NCBI GenBank assembly: GCA_965656375.1
Contig: CBFHKH010000001.1
Span: 580,291-644,290 of the forward strand
From: Minisyncoccia bacterium
GTDB lineage: Bacteria > Patescibacteriota > Minisyncoccia > Phycocordibacterales > UBA9973
DNA length: 64,000 nucleotides
Direction of reading: 5' to 3'
Made by a program: the position numbers and the translations under genes. Below, piece by piece: positions 37,958 through 47,082 of the stretch. The first letter of the stretch is position 1; each line of letters begins with the position of its first letter. A model generated the notes under the pieces. The model made no database searches. It had not been told where the DNA came from and was given only the letters and a program-made list of their open reading frames with translations.

Positions 37958-37966
37958 CAGAAGCAT

Positions 37967-39496
37967 ATGGCCCAAACTAATATAGTAGTGCCTATCGATA
38001 ACTCAAAAATACCTTCATATGTTACACATGTAACAGACACTCTCGAAAAAGCAGGATTCGAGGCTTTTCTTGTTGGTGGGTGTGTCCGTGATATTTTAAT
38101 GGGGAGGGAACCAAAAGACTGGGACATGACAACAAATGCAACCCCAGAAGAAATCATTCCTATGTTCGAGAAAACTATATATGAAAACAGTTTTGGAACA
38201 GTTGGGGTATGTGTTACACATGAAACTGATGTTCTAGATATTACTAACCTGCCTGCGCAAGCCGGTGAAACACCAAAATACGACATTGTTGAAGTTACAC
38301 CATACAGAATTGAAGCAAAATATAGTGATTTTAGACATCCTGATCAAGTAGTATTCAGTAAAAATATAGAAGACGATCTTAAAAGGCGAGATTTTACTAT
38401 TAATGCTTTGGCATACAATACCTCTAAAGGACACATAATTGACCTATATAAAGGACAAAGTGATATAAAGGACAAAGTGATCAGATGCGTAGGAAACGCT
38501 TCAGATAGGTTCAGAGAGGATGCTCTGCGCATGCTCCGTGCAGTACGTTTTTCTACGGAGCTCGACTTCGCCGTTTCATATGAAACCATGGCTGCAATCA
38601 CAGAAAATGCCGAACTTCTGAAAAATATATCAATGGAAAGAATTCGAGATGAATTCACAAAAATAATCGAGAGTCCTAATCCCGCCCAGGGAATTGGATT
38701 ACTTCAGAAATTAGGATTGCTTACATATATTATTCCCGAACTCGAAGAGGGCATTGGTTGTGAGCAAGGCGGTGCACATATCTACGATGTCTTCGAGCAT
38801 TTACTCGGAGCGCTCGGCCACGCTGCAGACAAAGGCTATAGTACAGAGATCCGTCTTGCAGCGTTATTTCACGATATCGGCAAGCCTAAAAGCCGCCGAC
38901 CGGGAACCAAAAAAGCGTATACATTCTACGGCCATGAGGTCATCGGAGCTCGAATGGCAAAGGCTATTATGGAGCGACTAAAGTACCCGAAAAGGACGAC
39001 TGATCTCGTCGTCTCGCTCGTACGCAATCATATGTTCTTCTCTGATACAGAGCAGATCACTCTTTCAGCTGTACGCCGAATAGTACAAAAAGTAGGAAAG
39101 GATCATATCTGGGAACTCATGGAGATCCGGGAATGCGATCGTGTAGGTATGAAAAAAGCAGAAGCTCCATACCGCCTCCGCAAATATCATGCGATGATCG
39201 ATGAGGTACTTCGCGATCCGCTTTCAGTCGCACAGCTTGCTATTGATGGGGAAGTGTTAATAAAAGATCTCAACATGAAACCATCTCGCCGTATGGGGTG
39301 GATACTTCATGCACTTTTAGAAGTTGTGCTCGAAGATCCTAAGAAAAATACAATCGAATATTTAAAAGAAAAAGCCCTAGAGCTTGATACGCTTTCAGAT
39401 AAAGAATTAGAAGATTTAGGCGAAAAAGCGAAAGAACAGAAAGATATCCTTGAGCAGGAAGAAATTTTAAAATTACACAGGAAACATAAAGTTTAA
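37967..39496 (+). CDS. cca: CCA-adding enzyme / tRNA nucleotidyltransferase (class II nucleotidyltransferase head + HD domain)
   Basis: Start moved to the Met after the tRNA, since the track ORF begins inside tRNA-Gly. GGCVRD (G-G-x-V-R-D) nucleotidyltransferase signature; RRDFTINA; HD domain LFHDIGKP ... ECDRVGM. Confidence 0.8.
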   Translation: MAQTNIVVPIDNSKIPSYVTHVTDTLEKAGFEAFLVGGCVRDILMGREPKDWDMTTNATPEEIIPMFEKTIYENSFGTVGVCVTHETDVLDITNLPAQAGETPKYDIVEVTPYRIEAKYSDFRHPDQVVFSKNIEDDLKRRDFTINALAYNTSKGHIIDLYKGQSDIKDKVIRCVGNASDRFREDALRMLRAVRFSTELDFAVSYETMAAITENAELLKNISMERIRDEFTKIIESPNPAQGIGLLQKLGLLTYIIPELEEGIGCEQGGAHIYDVFEHLLGALGHAADKGYSTEIRLAALFHDIGKPKSRRPGTKKAYTFYGHEVIGARMAKAIMERLKYPKRTTDLVVSLVRNHMFFSDTEQITLSAVRRIVQKVGKDHIWELMEIRECDRVGMKKAEAPYRLRKYHAMIDEVLRDPLSVAQLAIDGEVLIKDLNMKPSRRMGWILHALLEVVLEDPKKNTIEYLKEKALELDTLSDKELEDLGEKAKEQKDILEQEEILKLHRKHKV

Positions 39497-39509
39497 AGAT
39501 TTGTCTTCA

Positions 39510-39530
39510 CTTGGTGGCAAGGCCACCAAG
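39510..39530 (+). terminator. hairpin after cca
   Basis: cttggtggc aag gccaccaag; no U-tract, so moderate confidence. Confidence 0.4.
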
Positions 39531-39818
39531 TAGTATAGAGAAATAAAAAAAATACCAGAGCGATGAGCAATGATATTTTATGGCTTTGGTTTCTTAAATC
39601 TTTTTTTTAGAAATGGTATGAACCATTGAAGGAAAATGAGGAAGGCTATAACAATCATAGTTATGGCCGCTTGTTTAAAGTGATATTCAGGCGAGGTCAT
39701 AACTCTATGATTTAGGTTAAAAATAACGATTCCAATTATATTTACAGTAAATCTTTTATTTGAAATAGTCAATGAATCTATATGCTATAATCAATATATT
39801 ATTAATATGTAAACACAT

Positions 39819-40310
39819 ATGATCACAAAAGAACAATACGTAGAGGCATTGATAGGGGAGATTAATATCATGAAACACTTGGCAGAGAAAATACAACCAG
39901 ATCAGCTAGCTCATAAGCCAACAGAATCTCAGAGAACACTTTCAGAATTACTGCATTATCTTACCTATATATTTATCGCAGGAACAGATGGTTCAGTAAC
40001 CGGTAATCCTGATGCATGGAAAAAGTACGCAGACGCACCAATGCCAACACTTGAGAACTTCAATGAGCTCATGAATAAAGAAGCTTCTGAAGTGAAAGCC
40101 CTTATCGAGCCAATGACAGATGAAGATTTGAAACAAGAAATACCGATGTGGGGAAGAACACAAAGTAAAGCTATGCATTTGCTCGGACTTCTCAAGATTG
40201 CTTCTGCATACAAAATGCAACTTTTCCTCTATATGAAGCAGTCAGGTACCACAAACATTGGCACCATGAATCTCTGGGCAGGCATGGATCAGCCACCAAA
40301 AGTAGAATAA
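39819..40310 (+). CDS. hypothetical protein (DinB/YfiT-like helical bundle?)
   Basis: 163 aa, soluble, no clear motifs. Confidence 0.4.
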   Translation: MITKEQYVEALIGEINIMKHLAEKIQPDQLAHKPTESQRTLSELLHYLTYIFIAGTDGSVTGNPDAWKKYADAPMPTLENFNELMNKEASEVKALIEPMTDEDLKQEIPMWGRTQSKAMHLLGLLKIASAYKMQLFLYMKQSGTTNIGTMNLWAGMDQPPKVE

Positions 40311-40319
40311 GTAAAAAAT

Positions 40320-40341
40320 AAAATCCCCATATGGGGATTTT
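40320..40341. terminator. bidirectional terminator
   Basis: aaaatcccc atat ggggatttt between convergent genes. Confidence 0.7.
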
Positions 40342-40344
40342 ATT

Positions 40345-42042
40345 TTAGACAAATTCTTGCTGATAGCACTTTTCACAGTACACAGTTTCTGGTCGTTCTG
40401 GAGCAAACGCAGTCATGATAGAAGTTTTACACTTTGCGCATTCTCGGTTCCATAAGCGTGGAGGATTGAGCCGGGCAAAATGAGCTTTCTGCCGACAGTG
40501 AGGACATGAGTGGGGTATCGGCAAATTCATCTTCTGTAATAAATTAAATTCTAGCGGACCAATCTTGTATCCTCGATTACAGAGAGAACATTTAATAATT
40601 TCACTCGTAATAGCGTCTTTTGTTTCTTTTATTGTTTCTGGTAAATCGCTCGCATCAAGAGTTGTTGTGTATTCAGTTTGTTCTCCTTCATACCAGGAGT
40701 ATCCTATAGAAATAGCTTCCTCTTTCGTCTTTGGGAAAAATTTCATTGCGTTTGATTCATTATAGGAAAGAGGGCTAATAAAAAGAGGGAGGAATTCTCC
40801 GTAGCTCCATACTCGACCTAAATCATCTACATAAGGATTTTTTTTCATATCTTCTATGATATGGGCTTTCATTTTTTCGTATTCCTCTTTTGAGTATTCC
40901 TTATTCAAAATACAATATGATTTACGTTTTAAATTAACGCAACCAAAAACATTTTTACAGGCTGAAGCCCAGATCGAGTATTCAGCATTTAATCCATCTG
41001 GATAGCAGTTTTGAGAAAATCGCACACCACTTGCTTTTTCTCCAGTAGAATGGGTCTCATACATGAGTTCAACATTTGCTCCCCAGCCCGAATAGTCATA
41101 GCAATCTTTTGCAGATGGGACAGTAATAAATTGGCAATATCTGCATTCTTCGGCGTTATTACTCAAATACATATTTTGAGAATTTTTTGACTCGTATGTA
41201 TACTCACCAGTTACATTAAGGTTTAGAGAATTACCACTGTAGACTCTGTAAGGTTTTGTTAACCAGAATGCCTGAGCTTTTTCTTGCATATCTTGTAATT
41301 TCTTCCATGAATCAAGACCGAGCTCTTTTATTTTTTCCACATAGTTTTCTTTGGAATATTTTTGGTTAAAAATACAATATGATTCTCCGCGTAAATTGGC
41401 ACAGCCGATACAGTTTGTGCAGTTATAGCAATTGCGAGAGAACCATACATCAGTACATGCATCACACTCTTCAGAGAAATAGGTTTGGTAGCATTTATTA
41501 ATACCCATTGATTCATAACAAAGCTCAGACTCTTGAGCTCGCATACAATCAGAGGAATCCTTGAGTTGGAAAATGATAGATGAATGCGTAATATTCTCAC
41601 AATAATCTGCCCAAAAAGTTAGATAGCAATTTCGAAGCCATGTTGCTCCGTTACAATATTCAGAATTTACCATTGTAGGACCAATAGTTTCTGTAGCTAC
41701 CCAAGGTGATTTACGAGAAAGTTCGTAAAGTTGTTCAAAAAAATTACGATTAGGGTCATACTCCATTCCATATTCTGTACCGTCCCAATCATCAGCCCAC
41801 CAACATTCAGAGCAAAATACAGTGATAGGCTTTTCTTTATGATACATGGAAAGTGTACGCTTTTTACACTTATCACAGTCTCTCCAATAAACAGTCCACA
41901 CGCTATATGAACCGATGCGACGAATAAGCCGACATTCCGGACACCATGTAGGGTGGGGAACATTGATCTTTTTATAGAAAAGCTGGTCACGTTCATCGAT
42001 CACGAAATCATTTTTACAATTCTGACAGGATTTTGTTTCCAT
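40345..42042 (-). CDS. cysteine-rich paralog C, unknown function
   Basis: 565 aa. Begins METKSCQNCKNDFVIDERDQLFYKKINVPHPTWCPECRLIRR and ends YCEKCYQQEFV. Modules NCYNCTNCIGCANLRGESYCIFNQKYSKENY and ACKNVFGCVNLKRKSYCILNKEYSKEEY. A TATAAT lies 6 nt upstream of the ATG, so the mRNA is probably leaderless. Confidence 0.8.
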   Translation of the reverse strand: METKSCQNCKNDFVIDERDQLFYKKINVPHPTWCPECRLIRRIGSYSVWTVYWRDCDKCKKRTLSMYHKEKPITVFCSECWWADDWDGTEYGMEYDPNRNFFEQLYELSRKSPWVATETIGPTMVNSEYCNGATWLRNCYLTFWADYCENITHSSIIFQLKDSSDCMRAQESELCYESMGINKCYQTYFSEECDACTDVWFSRNCYNCTNCIGCANLRGESYCIFNQKYSKENYVEKIKELGLDSWKKLQDMQEKAQAFWLTKPYRVYSGNSLNLNVTGEYTYESKNSQNMYLSNNAEECRYCQFITVPSAKDCYDYSGWGANVELMYETHSTGEKASGVRFSQNCYPDGLNAEYSIWASACKNVFGCVNLKRKSYCILNKEYSKEEYEKMKAHIIEDMKKNPYVDDLGRVWSYGEFLPLFISPLSYNESNAMKFFPKTKEEAISIGYSWYEGEQTEYTTTLDASDLPETIKETKDAITSEIIKCSLCNRGYKIGPLEFNLLQKMNLPIPHSCPHCRQKAHFARLNPPRLWNRECAKCKTSIMTAFAPERPETVYCEKCYQQEFV

Positions 42043-42067
42043 AGGCCAATTATAGCCCAGATAAAAT

Positions 42068-42094
42068 AAAACACACAGCTAGTCTGTGTGTTTT
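42068..42094. terminator. bidirectional terminator between yceI-like gene and paralog C
   Basis: aaaacacacag ctagt ctgtgtgtttt. Confidence 0.65.
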
Positions 42095-42113
42095 ATTTTT
42101 GAGATGAGGTAAA

Positions 42114-42722
42114 TTATTTCAATGGTGCAGTTACGGTGAGCTCTACCACTTCGTTCGCGAGCTTTTGATCGATACCAAATTCTTTCATATCGATATTGAA
42201 GGTTGAACTAAGCTCGGTAGCAGATGATTTCACATCGACAGTAACGTTCTTCGAAACACCATGTACTGTCATGACACCAGAGAGCTTATTATCCTTAAAA
42301 GAAGTAACTTTGAAAGTTGCAGTTGGATACTTTGATACCTCAAAGAAGGTTTTTGACTTAAGATCTGTAGTTACCTTTGAAATTTCGGTTGAGAGAGAAT
42401 TCATATCAACCATTACCTCTCCTTTTATATCACTACCGTCAAAAGCAAGTTTAGAATCTACTTTGCCAAAAGAACCCTCATGGACTTTTCCAGGACCAAA
42501 ACCTTTGAATGTGATTTTCACATTTGCATTGTCGATTTCTTTATCAGAAGCTGTCTGCGTGGTCTCATTTTCAGATGCTTTTATTTCTGATTCATTATTT
42601 GTAGTAGTAGTTACATCACTTACTTGCGCCTCTTGAATAGATGCATCAGGTTTCGTTTGGATTGCATACCATACCACTCCACCGATAACAATAATTCCTA
42701 ACGCGATTAAAATTGATTTCAT
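42114..42722 (-). CDS. YceI-like periplasmic/lipid-binding domain protein with N-terminal TM anchor
   Basis: 202 aa. Thr/Asn-rich linker, then a YceI-like beta-barrel (KVTFKGFGPGKVHEGSF...MTVHGVSKNVTV). Confidence 0.6.
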   Translation of the reverse strand: MKSILIALGIIVIGGVVWYAIQTKPDASIQEAQVSDVTTTTNNESEIKASENETTQTASDKEIDNANVKITFKGFGPGKVHEGSFGKVDSKLAFDGSDIKGEVMVDMNSLSTEISKVTTDLKSKTFFEVSKYPTATFKVTSFKDNKLSGVMTVHGVSKNVTVDVKSSATELSSTFNIDMKEFGIDQKLANEVVELTVTAPLK

Positions 42723-42990
42723 ATTTTAAAAAATTATTACTGATAGACTAGTATTATACCGTAATACAGATAAATAAAAAAAGGGCTACATTACTGTAGA
42801 CCTTTCACCAGTCAGGGTGATACTGTTTTAGTGACCTGCGGCAATGGCCATGTCAGCCATATTGGGTAAATCTTTCTTCGAAGGATTTACATACAGGCTA
42901 GCGATGATAATTGTTACAATTACCAAACGCCAGAACCAATTCTTGTTTAACATTCTTTTTTATTATAGCATAATCTGCTAAAAAAGCAAG

Positions 42991-43788
42991 CTATATAAGC
43001 TCTAAAACGATAGGGCAGTGGTCAGATCCGTAGATTTCAGGAAGGATATATGAGTCGCCAATTTTACTTTTTAGCTTGTTTGAGACGCAGAAGTAATCGA
43101 TACGCCAGCCGACGTTGCGCTCGCGTGCACTTGCAAAATGACTCCACCATGTATAATGGCCATTACCGTTTGTAAACATTCGAAATGTATCAATAAATCC
43201 TGCATCAAGAAAATTCTGGAAGCCTTCACGCTCTTCGTCTGTGAAACCTTTATTGCCGACATTTTCTTTTGGTCGCGCCAAATCATCTGGTGTGTGAGCA
43301 ACATTGAGATCCCCGCAGAAAATGACAGGTTTGTGTTTCTCAAGCTCTTTCATATAGGCAAGAAACGCTTTATCCCAGATCTTGTGCCGAAGAGGAACAC
43401 GAGAAAGATCATCTTTGGCATTTGGAGTATAGACAGTCACTATGAAGAATTTTTTTAGCTCAACGGCAATGACTCGACCTTCGGCGTTTGCATCCCCATA
43501 CTTGTCAGAGGTGAGTTTAAACTTCTTCGCGATTTCAGGTGGGATATCATAGAGCACTGAAAGTGGAATTTCTTTGGTAAAGATTGCTGTGCCACTATAG
43601 CCCTTTTTCGTGCGCGATGAATTCCAATATTCTTCGTAGTCTGGCAGATCTACTTCGGACTGATGCTGTTCTGCCTTCGTTTCTTGGAGACAGATAACAT
43701 CTGGCTTGTACTTGTTCACAAAAGGAATAAAGAGGTTCTTTTTATGCACTGCGCGTATTCCGTTTACGTTCCATGAAATGATTCTCAT
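42991..43788 (-). CDS. xth: exodeoxyribonuclease III (AP endonuclease, EEP family)
   Basis: 265 aa. MRIISWNVNGIRA...LQETK N-terminus; the C-terminal SDHCP motif. Confidence 0.9.
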   Translation of the reverse strand: MRIISWNVNGIRAVHKKNLFIPFVNKYKPDVICLQETKAEQHQSEVDLPDYEEYWNSSRTKKGYSGTAIFTKEIPLSVLYDIPPEIAKKFKLTSDKYGDANAEGRVIAVELKKFFIVTVYTPNAKDDLSRVPLRHKIWDKAFLAYMKELEKHKPVIFCGDLNVAHTPDDLARPKENVGNKGFTDEEREGFQNFLDAGFIDTFRMFTNGNGHYTWWSHFASARERNVGWRIDYFCVSNKLKSKIGDSYILPEIYGSDHCPIVLELI

Positions 43789-43791
43789 ATA

Positions 43792-44736
43792 TTATTTTGA
43801 CTTACTGTGAAACTTTTTGTGTACATCTCGCAATTGAGCATCCGTCACATGCGTATAGATCTGTGTGGTAGCGATATTAGCATGTCCCAACATCATCTGC
43901 ACTGAACGTATGTCGGCACCATTTGAAAGTAAATCAGTTGCGAACGAATGGCGAATAACGTGGGGTGTAACCTTTTTTGATATTCCAGCTTTGATCGCAT
44001 AAAACTTTACGATGCGCTCAATCGAGCGCGGGGTGAGTCGATTGCTCTTTGCGCCATTGCGTGAATATTGGATGAACAGAGGACTATCAAGATCTTTACG
44101 AGCTTTTAAATAAAGGCGGATAGCATCCTTAGCGGTATCTGAGAGAAATACAACTCGAACCTTTTCTCCTTTTCCACGAATTGAAAACTCATCTCGAGAT
44201 AGATCAAGATCCCGATCAAGTGAGCAGAGCTCTGCTAAGCGAAGTCCTGTTGAGAAGAAAAGTTCAAGGATCGCTTTATCACGCAATCCCTTTGGAGTAG
44301 TGGTATTTGGGGCACTGAGTAACCGATCTAGTTCATTTGTAGAGATCAGATCAAGCGAGCGCTCTTTTACTTTGGCAAGCTCAATCCGATCGGGAGCAAG
44401 GGAAGTGACATCACGCTTTATCAGGTATTTGAGAAATGCCCGGAGCGCGATCAGGTGATAGTTTTGAGTATTCTTCTTGAGCGTGGCCGCCTGTTGCCCG
44501 CGAATCTTTACTCCTGGCTGACGATTGAGATACAGTCGAAACTCGCGGATCTTGTCATCGGTGATCTCTTTCGGATCTGTGATCTTCGCAAACTCAAAGA
44601 ATCGAGAGAGGTAGTATTCATAATTCTCTACGGTCCTCAAACTGTTTCCTTTCTCAATTTCTACATGTTCGAGGAATTCTCTTTTTAATTGTTCAAGCCG
44701 TGATGTCATATGAATGTCGTACAATAATTGTATCAC
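43792..44736 (-). CDS. tyrosine site-specific recombinase XerC/XerD-like
   Basis: 314 aa. C-terminal catalytic box HVIRHSFATDLLSNGADIRSVQMMLGHANIATTQIYTHV (R..H..R..Y). The true start may be the internal MTSRLEQLK. Confidence 0.85.
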   Translation of the reverse strand: MIQLLYDIHMTSRLEQLKREFLEHVEIEKGNSLRTVENYEYYLSRFFEFAKITDPKEITDDKIREFRLYLNRQPGVKIRGQQAATLKKNTQNYHLIALRAFLKYLIKRDVTSLAPDRIELAKVKERSLDLISTNELDRLLSAPNTTTPKGLRDKAILELFFSTGLRLAELCSLDRDLDLSRDEFSIRGKGEKVRVVFLSDTAKDAIRLYLKARKDLDSPLFIQYSRNGAKSNRLTPRSIERIVKFYAIKAGISKKVTPHVIRHSFATDLLSNGADIRSVQMMLGHANIATTQIYTHVTDAQLRDVHKKFHSKSK

Positions 44737-44823
44737 ATTCCAATGAATACTCTGCTGGTAAGGTATTCTAATTTGACATTTATGAAATGATGTATTAATA
44801 TCATCAAATATTTAACCTGATTT

Positions 44824-45423
44824 TTGAAAATTAAAAACACTGATATGAAAAAAACTAGCACTATCATCAACGGTTTTGTGTGCAATACTTTGTACACTAA
44901 AAAGAGAATTCAAAAGAATATCAAACGTTTAGCAAATGTCATTTACAATGACTACAAAAACAAAAAAGATATTGTTTTGCTTATGGTTATGAATGGCGGC
45001 CTGGACTTTGGCCTGGACCTTTCACGAGCCTTAGAAAAAAGAGGGCTCAAACATAGTCGGGAAACCATCACGGCGACCCGTTATACGAGAGATGGAAAAG
45101 AAACAAATAGGGTGCGGATTTTTCACAAAGGCGATTTACAAATTGCCGGTAAAAATGTAATTGTTATTGAAGACCTGATAGATAAAGGCATAACATTAGA
45201 GAAACTTTATCTGTATCTGAAAAACAAAACTCCGAAATCTTTGAACTTCGCCGTGCTGGGAATAAAAGAAGATCATACCTTCACTGGCAAGATTATGTAC
45301 AAGCTTATTGAAGAGCCTTTTCCGGACTTATGGCTGTTTGGGTATGGCATGGATTGGCGTGAGGAATTCAGAAGCCTTACTTCCATACTCTACAACACTG
45401 AAGAAAAAGCAAAACATTCCTAA
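44824..45423 (+). CDS. hpt: hypoxanthine/guanine phosphoribosyltransferase
   Basis: 199 aa type-I PRTase with PRPP loop VIVIEDLIDKGITL. Confidence 0.75.
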   Translation: MKIKNTDMKKTSTIINGFVCNTLYTKKRIQKNIKRLANVIYNDYKNKKDIVLLMVMNGGLDFGLDLSRALEKRGLKHSRETITATRYTRDGKETNRVRIFHKGDLQIAGKNVIVIEDLIDKGITLEKLYLYLKNKTPKSLNFAVLGIKEDHTFTGKIMYKLIEEPFPDLWLFGYGMDWREEFRSLTSILYNTEEKAKHS

Positions 45424-45441
45424 CTTAAAAAAACAAAACCA

Positions 45442-46089
45442 ATGGATTACTTAAATGCAAAAATCTTTAGCGATAACTCTTTTATCGCTTATCTAATGGG
45501 AATCTTACGAAATAGGGAAACTTCTTCTCATGATTTCAGAGATACCTTGCGGACTATAACAGTGCTTATTGGCGGCGAGGTTTTTAAAAACTTGCCATTA
45601 ACAAGTAAAAAGATATGGACGCCTTTGTCTGAAACAGAGGTGCCAGAGATTAAAAGGATTCCATGCATAGTGCCAATCCTGCGTGCAGGTTTGTCCATGC
45701 AAGATGCCATGTGGACGCTGATCCCAAATATGGCAAGTTACGATATCGGTTTACGGAGGGTAGAAGATGATTCACCCAATGTAAAAATTGAAGAATATCT
45801 GAACAAACTTCCAAAAGCATTAGATCCTAAAACGCCGGTGATCATGCTCGACCCGATGATAGCAACTGGTGAATCCGCTTGTCATGCTATTAATCTGGTG
45901 AAAGCAACCGGGGCACAGAATATTACGTATATGGCTATTCTAAGCTGTGATCAAGGGCTACGGAAGATACAAGAATCACATTCAGATGTAAAAATCTTCT
46001 GTGCCGCAATTGATCCTGAGCTAGGGAAAAATAATTACATTTTCCCGGGACTTGGTGATGCTGGTGACAGATATAAAAACACCAAATAA
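45442..46089 (+). CDS. upp: uracil phosphoribosyltransferase
   Basis: 215 aa. MLDPMIATGESA PRPP loop and C-terminal IFPGLGDAGDR uracil-binding signature. Confidence 0.85.
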   Translation: MDYLNAKIFSDNSFIAYLMGILRNRETSSHDFRDTLRTITVLIGGEVFKNLPLTSKKIWTPLSETEVPEIKRIPCIVPILRAGLSMQDAMWTLIPNMASYDIGLRRVEDDSPNVKIEEYLNKLPKALDPKTPVIMLDPMIATGESACHAINLVKATGAQNITYMAILSCDQGLRKIQESHSDVKIFCAAIDPELGKNNYIFPGLGDAGDRYKNTK

Positions 46090-46200
46090 AAGAAAAAGAG
46101 AATAGGCCGCTTGCTACATTAGTCAGCGGCTTTTTTGATATATGAAGACAACAAGAGGGGGCTTGCAATTTTTTATAATATGTGCTAGTATACGAGAACA

Positions 46201-46461
46201 ATGTTAACCGTAAAGAAAAAGCAAAATATTATAAAGAAAAGCCAGATACACGATAAGGATACAGGATCTCCTGAGGTTCAGATCGCTATTTTGAGCAAGC
46301 GTATTGATGAGCTCGCAACTCACTTGAAAGAACACAAAAAGGATAATCATTCTCGCCGTGGACTTATCAAAATGGTTGCCGATCGCCGAAGTCACCTGAA
46401 ATATCTCGAAAAGAAAGACAAGACACGACACGCTCAGCAATTAAAATCATTAAAAGCTTAA
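46201..46461 (+). CDS. rpsO: 30S ribosomal protein S15
   Basis: 86 aa. [40 protein letters not shown] matches the S15 consensus. Confidence 0.9.
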   Translation: MLTVKKKQNIIKKSQIHDKDTGSPEVQIAILSKRIDELATHLKEHKKDNHSRRGLIKMVADRRSHLKYLEKKDKTRHAQQLKSLKA

Positions 46462-46528
46462 ACATTGTCTCCCGACTCCAGTCGGGGGATTTTGTTTTGA
46501 AAAATCAACAAGGTACAATACATAGTAT

Positions 46529-47032
46529 ATGAGTGTAATTAAACATAAAGAACAAAGAGTGGGGGTTTTCATTGACACATCAAACCTCTATCATAGTGCA
46601 AAGAATCTCTATAAGCGGAAAGTGAACTTCGGTTCCGTTCTCAAAGACGCAGTCGCAGGGCGCAAACTTGTACGCGCGACCGCTTACGTCATCACAAGTG
46701 AAGGGGAAGGTGAGAAAGGATTCTTTGACGCACTGACAAAACTTGGCATTGAAACAAAGACAAAAGACCTCCAGATATTTTCTGGAGGTGCGAAAAAAGG
46801 CGACTGGGATGTAGGAATTGCCGTTGATGCCATGAAAATGGCTCCTCGCCTCGATGCGGTCATACTTGTAGCAGGGGATGGAGACTTTCTTCCACTTGTC
46901 GAATATCTCCAGGGGATGCTTGTCCAAGTTGAAGTTGTTTCATTTGGTAAATCAACATCTATGAAATTAAAAGATGCTGCTGACGACTTCCTCGATCTCT
47001 CCAAAAATCCGAGAAAGTATTTAATATACTAA
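46529..47032 (+). CDS. NYN-domain (LabA/DUF88-like, PIN-related) protein
   Basis: 167 aa. VFIDTSNL ... D..I..D ... ILVAGDGDFLPLVEYL acidic-residue pattern of NYN nucleases. Confidence 0.65.
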   Translation: MSVIKHKEQRVGVFIDTSNLYHSAKNLYKRKVNFGSVLKDAVAGRKLVRATAYVITSEGEGEKGFFDALTKLGIETKTKDLQIFSGGAKKGDWDVGIAVDAMKMAPRLDAVILVAGDGDFLPLVEYLQGMLVQVEVVSFGKSTSMKLKDAADDFLDLSKNPRKYLIY

Positions 47033-47082
47033 AAAATGCCCTCTGTTACGGGGGCATTTTTATTTTACATCTTTACCTATTG

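Noticed and set aside
39578-39772. 64-aa minus-strand ORF with a hydrophobic stretch
   Set aside because: Could be a small membrane protein, but it lies in an AT-rich spacer with no promoter or RBS signal I could identify and no conservation evidence. Not reported as a gene.
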